Made by a program: the position numbers and the translations under genes
Assembly (NCBI GenBank): GCA_959020715.1
Contig: CAUESV010000008.1
Location: 9,047-73,046, forward strand
From: an uncultured Collinsella sp.
Lineage (GTDB): Bacteria > Actinomycetota > Coriobacteriia > Coriobacteriales > Coriobacteriaceae
Direction of reading: 5' to 3'
Length of the DNA: 64,000 bases
Notes under the pieces: generated by a model
Told to the model about the DNA's origin: nothing
Databases searched by the model: none
What the model saw: only the letters and a program-made list of their open reading frames with translations
In this document: positions 55,145 to 64,000 of the stretch, one piece after another
Numbering within the stretch: the stretch's first letter is position 1
Layout of the letters: each line of letters starts with the position of its first letter

Positions 55145-55945
55145 GTGGGATTTCGCGACGTTAAGCGTTCTAAGAGCGCAAAAGACACGCGTATCATTGC
55201 AATCATCAATCAAAAAGGCGGCGTCGGTAAGTCAACGACAGCTGTAAATCTTGCAGCAGCACTTGGTGAGCAGGGTCGTAAGACACTGATTGTCGATTTT
55301 GATCCACAGGGAAACAGCACCAGTGGATTTGGAATTGAAAAAGAAGACCTTGATCACTGCATCTATGATGCATTGTTGAATGATGTGCCGGCAGAATCGC
55401 TTGTTCTTGATACAAATTGCAAAAAGGTATTCGTAATTCCGGCAACAATTCAGCTTGCAGGCGCCGAAATTGAGCTCGTAAGCGCAATTGCTCGTGAAAC
55501 CCGCCTCAAGGATTTGCTTGAGCCGATTCAGGACGAGTTCGATTTCATTTTCATTGACTGTCCTCCTTCGCTCGGCCTGCTTACTATCAATGCCTTGACC
55601 GCAGCAGACAGCGTTTTGATTCCGATCCAGTGCGAGTATTACGCACTCGAGGGCGTTACGAAGCTGCTTGAGTCAATGAAAATGGTCAAATCACGTCTGA
55701 ACAAGGGTTTAGACACCTATGGTGTGCTTATGACCATGTATGACTCGCGTACCTCTCTATCGAATCAGGTTGTTGAGGAGGTTCAATCGTACTTTGGTGA
55801 TAAGGCGTTTAAGACGCTAGTCCCTCGTACGGTTAAAATCTCCGAAGCTCCGTCTTTTGGAGAACCGGTAATTACCTATGCACCTCAGAATAAGGGTGCA
55901 AAAGCGTATATGAACCTTGCAAAAGAGGTGATCAAGCGTGCCTAG
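55145..55945 (+). CDS. parA: Chromosome partitioning ATPase ParA/Soj
   Basis: NQKGGVGKSTT, D.DPQGN, IDCPPSLG, QCEYYALEG, EAPSFG.P. Confidence 0.96.
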   Translation: MGFRDVKRSKSAKDTRIIAIINQKGGVGKSTTAVNLAAALGEQGRKTLIVDFDPQGNSTSGFGIEKEDLDHCIYDALLNDVPAESLVLDTNCKKVFVIPATIQLAGAEIELVSAIARETRLKDLLEPIQDEFDFIFIDCPPSLGLLTINALTAADSVLIPIQCEYYALEGVTKLLESMKMVKSRLNKGLDTYGVLMTMYDSRTSLSNQVVEEVQSYFGDKAFKTLVPRTVKISEAPSFGEPVITYAPQNKGAKAYMNLAKEVIKRA

Positions 55946-56843
55946 TGCAAAAAAACGCGGCGGATTGGGACGTGGACTCAATGCTTTGGTCTCAGAGGCC
56001 GAGTATGAGACCGGTGGTTCGGCTGCATCCGCTTCAAAGGCTGCATCTGAAACGAAACTACCTATTGAGGATATTGTTCCCAACCCTAACCAGCCACGAA
56101 TTCACTTTAACGAAACTGAACTTCGCGAGTTGAGCGAGTCAATCCAAGAACATGGCGTTTTGCAGCCTCTTTTGGTTCGCAAGCATGGAAACGGCTATGA
56201 GATCATCGCTGGAGAGCGTCGTTACCAGGCGTCGAAGCTTGCTGGTCTTGAGGAGCTGCCTGTCATCATTAAAGATGTTAATGATGAAGAGATGCTGGCT
56301 CTTGCTCTTATCGAAAACCTTCAGCGTTCTGATCTGAATCCCGTCGAAGAGGCTAAGGGCTATCGCCAGCTTATCGATGCCAGTGGTATGACCCAGGAGG
56401 CATTGTCGAAGGCGGTAAGCAAGTCACGCTCTGCAATTACAAACTCACTGCGTCTTCTCGATCTCCCCGAGGTAGTTCAGCAGATGATTTTTGAGGGCAA
56501 ACTTACTGCTGGTCATGCACGTGCGATTCTTGCAGTTCCCTATGAGGACGCGCGTATTCGACTTGCAGAGAAGGTTGTTGCGGAGGGCCTTTCCGTAAGA
56601 GCGACAGAAAATCTTGCTCCGTTGTTTTCTGCCGGAGAGACACCTAAGACGCCTAGGCCTGCAACGCCTCAGTCTTTTAAAAAGGCTGCCCGTGTGCTTC
56701 GTCAGGTATTTAATACTAACGTGCGTGTGAAGAGCTCGCGTGGAAAGAATAAGATTGAGATTGAGTTTAAAGACGAGGAAGAGCTCTCTCGTATTCTTGG
56801 CGAAATGATTCAGTTTGATCAAGGAGGCCAAGATGAGGAATAA
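55938..56843 (+). CDS. parB: Chromosome partitioning protein ParB/Spo0J
   Basis: GLGRGL.AL, PNP.QPR..F, IAGERR, ENLQR.DL, KSRS.I.N.LRLL. Confidence 0.96.
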   Translation: MPSAKKRGGLGRGLNALVSEAEYETGGSAASASKAASETKLPIEDIVPNPNQPRIHFNETELRELSESIQEHGVLQPLLVRKHGNGYEIIAGERRYQASKLAGLEELPVIIKDVNDEEMLALALIENLQRSDLNPVEEAKGYRQLIDASGMTQEALSKAVSKSRSAITNSLRLLDLPEVVQQMIFEGKLTAGHARAILAVPYEDARIRLAEKVVAEGLSVRATENLAPLFSAGETPKTPRPATPQSFKKAARVLRQVFNTNVRVKSSRGKNKIEIEFKDEEELSRILGEMIQFDQGGQDEE

Positions 56844-57087
56844 GATTTTAACAGCGATTGCATTGGCGACGACTATTGCGGCTGGTGCCTTTGCTGGATA
56901 TAAGATCGCGACAGACGATGAACTTAGAGTTCGTTTGCTTCGTGGTGCGCAAGATATCGTCGATACTTCCAAGAAAAAAATGGATGTTATGACCGAAGAT
57001 GTTGCCATGCGTACTGCTCAGGTAACGAAGAATCCCAAGATTAATCAAGGTTGGGTTAGCAACCAATGGGAAAATGTAGGCTATTAG
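56833..57087 (+). CDS. Small hypothetical protein with N-terminal hydrophobic helix
   Basis: AAGGAGG RBS, ATG overlapping parB end, 84 aa. Confidence 0.7.
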   Translation: MRNKILTAIALATTIAAGAFAGYKIATDDELRVRLLRGAQDIVDTSKKKMDVMTEDVAMRTAQVTKNPKINQGWVSNQWENVGY

Positions 57088-57252
57088 GTACCTAACAATT
57101 ACCCGCTATATTTTGAAGGGTCCTTGTCTGAATCATGAGACAAGGACCCCTTATTTTGGCCGTAATAAATGGGACAGGTAGCAGCTGATTCAAAATTAAG
57201 GTCAATAAATGAAACGACCCTGGTTGCATATTCTGCAACCGGGGTCGTTCGA

Positions 57253-57268
57253 TGTTTCACATGAAACG
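57253..57268. promoter_or_regulatory. Degenerate parS site
   Basis: TGTTTCACATGAAACG. Confidence 0.7.
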
Positions 57269-57286
57269 TTTTGGGGTGCGACTCCC

Positions 57287-58339
57287 CTATGCGTTCTTCT
57301 GAACTTTGAAGCGCTGCTTCAGCTGTCCGCAAGCGGCGTCAATATCGTTACCACGGGAGTTACGAATCGTGGTCTCGATGCCACGGGACTCAAGACGACG
57401 CTGGAGATCCTCAACCTTATGAATCGGCGACGGCTTGAGCGGGCTACCCTCGATGTCGTTAAGCTGAATGAGGTTAACGTGGCACAGCGTTCCCTCGCAG
57501 AAGTCGCAGAGCGCCTGCATCTCGGGATTCGTATCGTTGACGCCTTCGATCATGGCATACTCATAGGTCGGGCGGCGGCCAGTCTTCTCGGTGTAGAGTT
57601 GAAGCGCCTCGTGAAGGCGAAGCAGCGTATACTTCTTAACACCGGGCATGAGCTTATTGCGCGTCGACTGGATGGCGGAATGCAGGGAAACGGCAAGCGT
57701 GAATTGCTCGGGGATGTCGGCAAATTTGCGAATACCGGGAATAACGCCGCTGGTAGAGACGGTGAGGTGACGAGCGCCGATACCGATGCCGTCGGGGTCG
57801 TTGAGGATCCGCAGCGCCTTGAGAACCTCGTCGTAGTTGGCAAACGGCTCGCCCTGGCCCATGAAGACAACGCTCGTGGCGCGCTCGCCAAAGTCGTTGG
57901 ATACATGAAGTACCTGGTCGACGATCTCTTGAGCGGTCAGAGAACGCTTGAGGCCGTTGAGACCGGTAGCGCAAAAGGCGCAGCCCATGCCACAGCCTGC
58001 CTGGGTGGAAACGCAGACGGAAAGCTTGTTGCGACGGGGCATGCCGACGGTCTCGACGGAAATGCCGTCGTGGTACTCGAGCAGGTACTTGCGAGAGCCA
58101 TCTTTGGAAACCTGCTTGGTGAGTTCAGTGGGCGTGTCAAAGGCAAAGGCCTCTTTAAGCTGCTCGCGGAAAGCCTTGGGAAGGTTGGTCATGTCGTCGA
58201 ACGAACAAACGTTCTTCTCAAAGACCCATTCGATGAGCTGCTTCGCGCGGAAGGCGGGCTGGCCAAGTTCGGCCACGAGCTCACGAATATCGTTTTGGCT
58301 CAAGTCGCGAATGTCCTGAGATTTAGTCCTGGGATTCAT
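57287..58339 (-). CDS. rlmN: 23S rRNA m2A2503 methyltransferase (radical SAM)
   Basis: CVSTQ.GC.MGC.FC.TG, FMG.GEP, SLH, YEY, RG.DIDAACGQL. Confidence 0.96.
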   Translation of the reverse strand: MNPRTKSQDIRDLSQNDIRELVAELGQPAFRAKQLIEWVFEKNVCSFDDMTNLPKAFREQLKEAFAFDTPTELTKQVSKDGSRKYLLEYHDGISVETVGMPRRNKLSVCVSTQAGCGMGCAFCATGLNGLKRSLTAQEIVDQVLHVSNDFGERATSVVFMGQGEPFANYDEVLKALRILNDPDGIGIGARHLTVSTSGVIPGIRKFADIPEQFTLAVSLHSAIQSTRNKLMPGVKKYTLLRLHEALQLYTEKTGRRPTYEYAMIEGVNDTNPEMQALCDFCEGTLCHVNLIQLNDIEGSPLKPSPIHKVEDLQRRLESRGIETTIRNSRGNDIDAACGQLKQRFKVQKNA

Positions 58340-58424
58340 GGAAGCCTTTCGATTTTGGGGAAACGTAGAGGGTATCGCTACAATATGGTATCAGCTGCAG
58401 AAATTATAGAGGAGGAGTCTGCCC

Positions 58425-59390
58425 ATGCCGGGTAAAAGCCTAGAGAACATGCACGTAGCGGTCTTGGCGGGTGGTCATTCCGCTGAGCGCGAGATCTCGC
58501 TCAATTCGGGAAAGAACGTTGTGGTGGCACTGAAGGAAGCCGGCTACACCTCGGTGGAGCTGCTCGATACGGCCGCTGATGACTTTATGGTAACCATGGC
58601 AACCGGCGGCTTTGACGTGGCGTTTATCGCCATGCACGGTGCCGGCGGCGAGGATGGTGCCATGCAGGGCGCCATGGAGACCCTGGGTATCCCCTACACG
58701 GCCTCGGGCGTGCTTGCTAGCGCCTGCGGTGCCGACAAAGAGGTCTCTAAGCTCCTGTACGCCAAGGCGGGCATTCCCATTGCCCCCGGCCTTGCACTCG
58801 AGGTGGGCGATGAAGTCGATATCGATCATATCGTCGAGGTTTGTGGCGAGCGCAGCTTTGTGAAGCCGGCCGTCAACGGTTCCAGCTATGGCATTTCCCT
58901 GGTCCATGAGCCCTTCGAGCTGCCCACGGCAATCGCCAAGGCGTTTGAGTACGGCGACAAAGTGCTGGTCGAGAAGTGCATCGAGGGTACCGAGATCACC
59001 GTCGGCGTGTACGGCGAGGACGACGTGCGCGCCCTGCCGATTGTCGAGATCCGTAAGCCCGAGGACTGCGAGTTCTACGATCTGGACGTGAAATATGTCG
59101 ACCCTACGGACATCCATCGCATTCCGGCGCAGATTTCACCCGAGAACTATGCTCGTGCCCAGGAGCTTGCCTGTGCCGCTCACAAGGCCCTCGGTTGCCT
59201 GGGCATCTCGCGCAGCGATTTTATCGTGAGCGAGGACGGCCCCGTTATCCTCGAGACCAATACCATTCCCGGCATGACCGATACGTCGCTGTATCCGGAT
59301 GAGATCCGCCACACCGACGACATGACGTTCCCGCAGGTCTGTGACAGCCTGATCCGTATGGGTCTTCGTCGAGCGGGCATTGCATGCTAA
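58425..59390 (+). CDS. ddl: D-alanine-D-alanine ligase
   Basis: GG.SAEREISL.SG, HG..GEDG..QG, VKP...GSS.G, FYD...KY, E.NTIPGMT..SL.P. Confidence 0.93.
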   Translation: MPGKSLENMHVAVLAGGHSAEREISLNSGKNVVVALKEAGYTSVELLDTAADDFMVTMATGGFDVAFIAMHGAGGEDGAMQGAMETLGIPYTASGVLASACGADKEVSKLLYAKAGIPIAPGLALEVGDEVDIDHIVEVCGERSFVKPAVNGSSYGISLVHEPFELPTAIAKAFEYGDKVLVEKCIEGTEITVGVYGEDDVRALPIVEIRKPEDCEFYDLDVKYVDPTDIHRIPAQISPENYARAQELACAAHKALGCLGISRSDFIVSEDGPVILETNTIPGMTDTSLYPDEIRHTDDMTFPQVCDSLIRMGLRRAGIAC

Positions 59391-62278
59391 TCGAGGACGC
59401 GGTTTCGTCAGGAACGCCGCAGTTTGTCATCGACTCCTATGCCACGCTTGCCGAGCGCGCCAAAACGCAGTCCTTCGGCCTTATCGAGGAAGATGTGATC
59501 GTCCTCGATACCGAGACCACGGGTCTTTCGGTGCAGGACAATGAGCTGATCGAGATCTCGGCGGCCCGTCTTTCGGGCCGCGAGATCGTCGACCGCTTCG
59601 ATACCTTCGTGCATCCCAAGCAGCTAATTCCCGCCGAGATTACCGAGCTCACGAGCATTACAAATGCCGATGTGGCAGATGCCCCGTCGGCCGTTGAGGC
59701 CGTCGCCGCTCTCGCCGATTTTGTCGGTGGTTGCCCGGTGATCGCACATAACGCCACGTTCGATCGCTCGTTTATCGAGTCGGTCAAAGGCGGCGTCAAC
59801 GTGAGCGATATTTGGATCGATTCGCTGGCGCTGTCGCGCATCGCGCTTCCGCGCCTGGCCTCGCACAAGCTGTCTTTTATGGCCGATCTGTTTGGCTGTG
59901 ACTCGGTATCACACCGCGCCAATGCCGACGTCGACGCCCTGTGTGGCGTATGGCGTGTGTTGCTCGTGGCGCTCACCGACTTGCCCCAGGGCCTCATGGC
60001 GCGCCTAGCCGACATGCATCCGGATGTGCCTTGGTCCTATCGTCCTATCTTCTCATTCTTGGCGGGCCAGAACCCTGGTTCTATCTTCTCTCTCAGCGCC
60101 GCTCGTGCTGACGTTCTCAGGGCCGATCGCGCCGACGATCGGGTGGACGCCGACGAACTGCCGGTCCTCAAGATGCCGAGTCGTGAGGAGATTGAGGCAG
60201 ACTATGCGCCGGGTGGCCTGGTCAATCGCATGTATCCTACCTACGAGCCGCGTGATGAGCAGATCGCGATGGCGCTCGAGGTCCGCGATGCGCTGGTCAC
60301 GGGCACTCATCGTGTAATTGAGGCGGGCACGGGCGTCGGCAAATCGATGGCCTATCTGGTGCCTTTTGCCGAGGCAGCGCGCCGTAACAACATCACGGTT
60401 GGTATTGCGACCAAATCGAACAATCTTGCCGACCAGCTCATGTACCATGAGCTGCCAAAACTTGCCGAGCAACTGGACGGTGGTCTGTCATTTTGCGCCC
60501 TCAAGGGCTATGACCACTATCCGTGCCTGCGCAAGCTCGAGCGCATGAGCCGAGGCCAGGTCGAGATTACCACCAAGCGCGATCCGGCGGACACGCTCAC
60601 GGCGGTCGCGGTCATTATGGCGTACGTCTGCCAATCAGCCGATGGCGACCTCGACTCGCTCGGCATTCGGTGGCGCAGCGTCAACCGCCCCGACTTTACG
60701 ACGGCCTCGCGCGAGTGTGCTCGTCGCCTCTGCCCGTTTTTCCCTGATAAATGTTTGGTCCACGGCGCTCGCCGTCGTGCGGCGCATGCCGATGTGGTGG
60801 TCACCAACCATTCCCTGCTGTTCCGCAATGTCGCGGCCGAGGGCAGGATTTTACCTCCGATTCGTCATTGGGTAATCGACGAAGCCCATTCCATCGAGCG
60901 CGAGGCGCGCCGTCAGTGGGCGCGCGTGGTGTCGGCGGATGAATCGCGCGTTCTGTTTGAGCGCCTGGGTGGCTCGAGCGCCGGCGCGCTAAGCCAGGTT
61001 TCCCGTGATTTGGCAACCTCCGAAGGCTCTACGCTCTATCTGGGCCTTACTGCCAAGGCGACGTCGACGGTTGCGCGCGCGAGCATGGCAATCGCCGACG
61101 TGTTCGATGGCGTTCGCGAGCTCGGCCGCCGTGCGCGTGGGGGTTATGACAATGCCAATCTATGGATTGGCCCCGAGCTGCGCGAATCTGACGACTGGCA
61201 TGATTTCTTACAGTCGGCCTACACTGGCATCGACGCATTGGAACAAGCTGACAAGAGCGCCGACGCGCTGGTGCAAGCCGTCGCCGCCGACAAGCCCGAG
61301 GTTGTTGTCGACCTGGGTGATATCTCGCGCCGTCTGCACGAGCTGGTCGAGAACCTCAAACTCATCATTGATGGCACCGATGAACACTACGTGTATTCGC
61401 TGCAGGTCAATCGCAGGCTGCGTGCCGGCGGAGAGTCGATGACCGCAGAGCGCATCGACATTGGCGAGGCCTTGGCAACCGAGTGGCTGCCCGAGGTTCA
61501 CACGGCTATCTTTGCCTCGGCGACTATGACGGTGTCCAAAAGCTTTGAACACTTTAACCATGCGGTCGGCCTCGATCGCATCGGTGCTTCAACATCCTCA
61601 TCGCTGCACTTGGACTCGAGCTACGACTTCGATTCGAACATGGCTGTAGTCGTTGCCGGCGATATCCCCGATCCGCGCGATCGTGAGAGCTATCTTACGG
61701 CGCTCGAGCGCGTGCTGGTCGACGCCCATCTTGCCATGGGCGGATCGGTGCTCACGTTGTTCACCAATCGGCGCGACATGGAAGACCTGTACGCCCGCGT
61801 TGAGCCCAAGATGGCCCGTGCGGGTCTGGAGCTCAACTGCCAGCAGCGCAACTCATCTCCTCGTCGCCTGCGCGACCGGTTTATCAACGAGCCGACCTCG
61901 TCGCTTTTTGCGCTTAAGGCCTTCTGGGAGGGGTTTGACGCCAGCGGCGAGACGCTGCGTTGCGTCATCATTCCCAAGCTGCCGTTCTCGAGCCCCACGG
62001 ACCCGCTCTCGTGCGAGCGCAACCTGCGCGAAGACCGCGCTTGGGCGCGCTATTCGCTGCCCGAGGCGGTGCTCGAGGTTAAGCAGGCGGCCGGCCGCCT
62101 TATCCGCTCGTCGACCGATTGCGGCGTGCTGATTCTGGCCGACCCGCGCCTGGTGACGAAGGGCTACGGGAAGAAGTTCTTAACGTCGCTGCCCACGAGC
62201 TCCTACCAGCGCATCGAATCGGCGCAGATCGGTCACTATCTGCAACTGTGGCGCGCACACCACGAGCGGCGGCGCTAA
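59384..62278 (+). CDS. dinG: DEDDh (DnaQ-like) exonuclease fused to DinG/XPD-family helicase
   Basis: VLDTETTG, AHNA.FD, HRA..D; EAGTGVGKS, IDEAH, SAT, FWEG.D, KLPF, KQ.AGRLIRS. Confidence 0.9.
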   Translation: MLIEDAVSSGTPQFVIDSYATLAERAKTQSFGLIEEDVIVLDTETTGLSVQDNELIEISAARLSGREIVDRFDTFVHPKQLIPAEITELTSITNADVADAPSAVEAVAALADFVGGCPVIAHNATFDRSFIESVKGGVNVSDIWIDSLALSRIALPRLASHKLSFMADLFGCDSVSHRANADVDALCGVWRVLLVALTDLPQGLMARLADMHPDVPWSYRPIFSFLAGQNPGSIFSLSAARADVLRADRADDRVDADELPVLKMPSREEIEADYAPGGLVNRMYPTYEPRDEQIAMALEVRDALVTGTHRVIEAGTGVGKSMAYLVPFAEAARRNNITVGIATKSNNLADQLMYHELPKLAEQLDGGLSFCALKGYDHYPCLRKLERMSRGQVEITTKRDPADTLTAVAVIMAYVCQSADGDLDSLGIRWRSVNRPDFTTASRECARRLCPFFPDKCLVHGARRRAAHADVVVTNHSLLFRNVAAEGRILPPIRHWVIDEAHSIEREARRQWARVVSADESRVLFERLGGSSAGALSQVSRDLATSEGSTLYLGLTAKATSTVARASMAIADVFDGVRELGRRARGGYDNANLWIGPELRESDDWHDFLQSAYTGIDALEQADKSADALVQAVAADKPEVVVDLGDISRRLHELVENLKLIIDGTDEHYVYSLQVNRRLRAGGESMTAERIDIGEALATEWLPEVHTAIFASATMTVSKSFEHFNHAVGLDRIGASTSSSLHLDSSYDFDSNMAVVVAGDIPDPRDRESYLTALERVLVDAHLAMGGSVLTLFTNRRDMEDLYARVEPKMARAGLELNCQQRNSSPRRLRDRFINEPTSSLFALKAFWEGFDASGETLRCVIIPKLPFSSPTDPLSCERNLREDRAWARYSLPEAVLEVKQAAGRLIRSSTDCGVLILADPRLVTKGYGKKFLTSLPTSSYQRIESAQIGHYLQLWRAHHERRR

Positions 62279-63192
62279 AGCGGACAGACGAGGGTTTTTG
62301 CCATATCGCACAGACGCTTTGACAGGGCGGGGTCATCCAAGATGCGGATGGCTCCGCCCGCTGCGATTATCTGGCTCAGAAGCCAACGCTCGGAGCCGTA
62401 ATGCACGGTTACCGTTGCCATGTCTGCCCCGCTGCGCTCGATTAGGGTGATGCCGGCCCAGTCCAGATGCTCCGCCATATCGAATGGCATCAAGAGCTTT
62501 GCGCTACGCTGCGTCCGGGCAAGGGAATCGTGGAGGGATGCGACGCCCGGTGTGTGAGGCACGACGGAGTCTTCCGTCAAGGTGAGTCCCTCGATTTTAT
62601 CCATGCGATAGGTGCGCTGCTCATCGACCGCGATGTCCCAGGCAATCAGGTATGTTTGGTCGCCGTTTACCGTAATGCGCAAGGGGTCGACCAGACGCTC
62701 GCGTGGCCGCGCATCGTCCATCGAGCGATACGAGATGCGGCAGCGAACACCGTCCTGAATAGCGCAGCTCAGCTGCTGCCAGTGCGACCCGTGGTTGACG
62801 GTGTCAAAGACGCGCTGGTTATAGCCGAGCTCTTCGGGCAGAAGGGCATGTCGAATCCGAGCTGCCGTCTGCGGCTCGATCCCCAACGATTCAAGTTCGT
62901 GGTTGAGCACAGCGCCTTCGGCGGCACTCAGGCGCAGCGGTAGCACACGTCCGGCGTTACCGGTGAGGACCACACGCTCGCCGTGGCATTCGCAGATGAT
63001 GCGCGCACCCGATTCTCGGTCCGCGAGCGTCGAGACGATCTCGAGAATCTCGTCGAGCGATACTCCCGTGATGTCAAAGCGGCCGCAAATCTCGGTTCGT
63101 GTCATGCCGCTCTCGCCGGCGGCGTAGAGGGCCTCCATGATGTCGATGGCGCGCGAGAGTCTCTGCTCGCTGGTGAGTTTACGCACGGGCAT
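62275..63192 (-). CDS. HTH-WYL-WCX transcriptional regulator (PafC-like)
   Basis: N-terminal HTH, PLRLS..E, I.Y......R.VDP, YLIAWD.....RTYR.DKI. Confidence 0.85.
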   Translation of the reverse strand: MPVRKLTSEQRLSRAIDIMEALYAAGESGMTRTEICGRFDITGVSLDEILEIVSTLADRESGARIICECHGERVVLTGNAGRVLPLRLSAAEGAVLNHELESLGIEPQTAARIRHALLPEELGYNQRVFDTVNHGSHWQQLSCAIQDGVRCRISYRSMDDARPRERLVDPLRITVNGDQTYLIAWDIAVDEQRTYRMDKIEGLTLTEDSVVPHTPGVASLHDSLARTQRSAKLLMPFDMAEHLDWAGITLIERSGADMATVTVHYGSERWLLSQIIAAGGAIRILDDPALSKRLCDMAKTLVCPL

Positions 63193-64000
63193 GCTCGTGC
63201 ACCGTCCTTCCGATGAGGTGGTTCCACGCCTGCTTGAGCGATTTGGGGGCCATGGGCCTCATACCGTCCATGGCGTGGGCCATGCAAAATGAGGCGGCGG
63301 CTTCAAGGTCGCGCACGTCAACGCTCCAGGTCCATCCCGCATCGGTGTGTGCGAGCTCACCTCGCCCGCGCGTGAGGCCGTTGATCATATCGATCTGCGT
63401 CTGAGGGGCGAACGAGAACGTGGCTGCAACGGGCGGTCGGTCGGCGAAATCGAATTCAAAGAACAGATAGTCGTTGAGATTGAAGTCCGCAGGGATGGCG
63501 TAGACCTTCGAAGGACGCCAAGCGCGAACGATACGGTCGCAGCGGAATGTCCTGATGACGTCGGTGACATTGTCGAGGCCGCAGAAGTACGCCACGCCCT
63601 CGCGTTCGAACATGCCGTAGACACAGACGGTACGTTCTTTCTGCTCGCCGCGTCCGTTCTGATATGAAAATCGCAGCGCGCATCGCTCGGCAAAGGCGCT
63701 CCATACCGCATCGACGGTGGGAGAGCGGCGGATCGGTGCTTCGTCCACCGCCGACATGCCGGTGAGGTAGGCAATTTTGGAGCGAATATCGGCAAGCGGC
63801 GCGGCAAAAGTGGAAGAGCCGGCCGCTAGCGTCTGGTCGATGGCGTTGAGTAGGATGTCGGCGTCGTCTGCGGTGATGAGGCCGCTTGCAGCAAACGTGT
63901 GCTCGCGGTCGATTGTCCACGAGCTTTCCTCGGTCTCCTGCGCACCGGCGGGGTGAACCTCCTTGATTAAGATGCCACGCTCGAGCAGTTTGTCACGATC
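63179..64000 (-). CDS. HTH-WYL-WCX regulator (PafB-like), 5' end outside the window
   Basis: Frame stays open to the window edge (DRDKLLERGI...); F.Y....G...R.V..YG, YF.G.D.....RTFR.DRI, Y.IP.DF; overlaps next gene. Confidence 0.85.
   Translation of the reverse strand, partial: DRDKLLERGILIKEVHPAGAQETEESSWTIDREHTFAASGLITADDADILLNAIDQTLAAGSSTFAAPLADIRSKIAYLTGMSAVDEAPIRRSPTVDAVWSAFAERCALRFSYQNGRGEQKERTVCVYGMFEREGVAYFCGLDNVTDVIRTFRCDRIVRAWRPSKVYAIPADFNLNDYLFFEFDFADRPPVAATFSFAPQTQIDMINGLTRGRGELAHTDAGWTWSVDVRDLEAAASFCMAHAMDGMRPMAPKSLKQAWNHLIGRTVHEHARA

Noticed and set aside
58425..59390. Ddl as a D-Ala-D-Lac (vancomycin-resistance) ligase
   Set aside because: The omega loop keeps KY (FYDLDVKY), typical of D-Ala-D-Ala ligases; no van genes nearby.
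59384..64000. DinG plus WYL as a type IV CRISPR or defence module
   Set aside because: No cas/csf genes or array; DinG is the housekeeping exonuclease-fused type and the WYL pair is PafBC-like.

Overview
High-GC Coriobacteriia chromosome segment (Collinsella-like; inferred from gene content, order and protein style) spanning the replication origin. Left of ~51.8 kb most genes lie on the minus strand: yqeY, a PrsA-like PPIase, an orphan PTS IIA, purN-purM-purF, moaE, sortase B, purE, a ~2140-aa cell-wall-anchored GH31, carAB, an ABC exporter, NUDIX, purD, purA, dnaB, rpsF-ssb-rpsR-rplI, typA, a DUF151 nuclease, tRNAs, gyrBA, dciA, recF, dnaN and dnaA. Right of it are rpmH-rnpA-yidD-yidC-jag-rsmG-parS-parAB, rlmN, ddl, an exonuclease-DinG fusion and a PafBC-like WYL pair. 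Main oddities: (1) a Vsr/DUF559-like nuclease gene beside tRNA-Ser, bracketed by two ~80-bp self-palindromic inverted repeats; (2) a GHKL-ATPase/Gln-rich/winged-helix gene inside a bipartite oriC just ahead of dnaA; (3) non-canonical DnaA boxes (TTTTCAACA-type) matched by substitutions in the DnaA recognition helix; (4) GyrA Ser83Phe; (5) several nested palindromic repeat or structured-RNA families; (6) PyrR plus ARG-box signals at carA. No CRISPR array, integrase or transposase was recognised. All family calls come from motif recognition by eye, not database searches.
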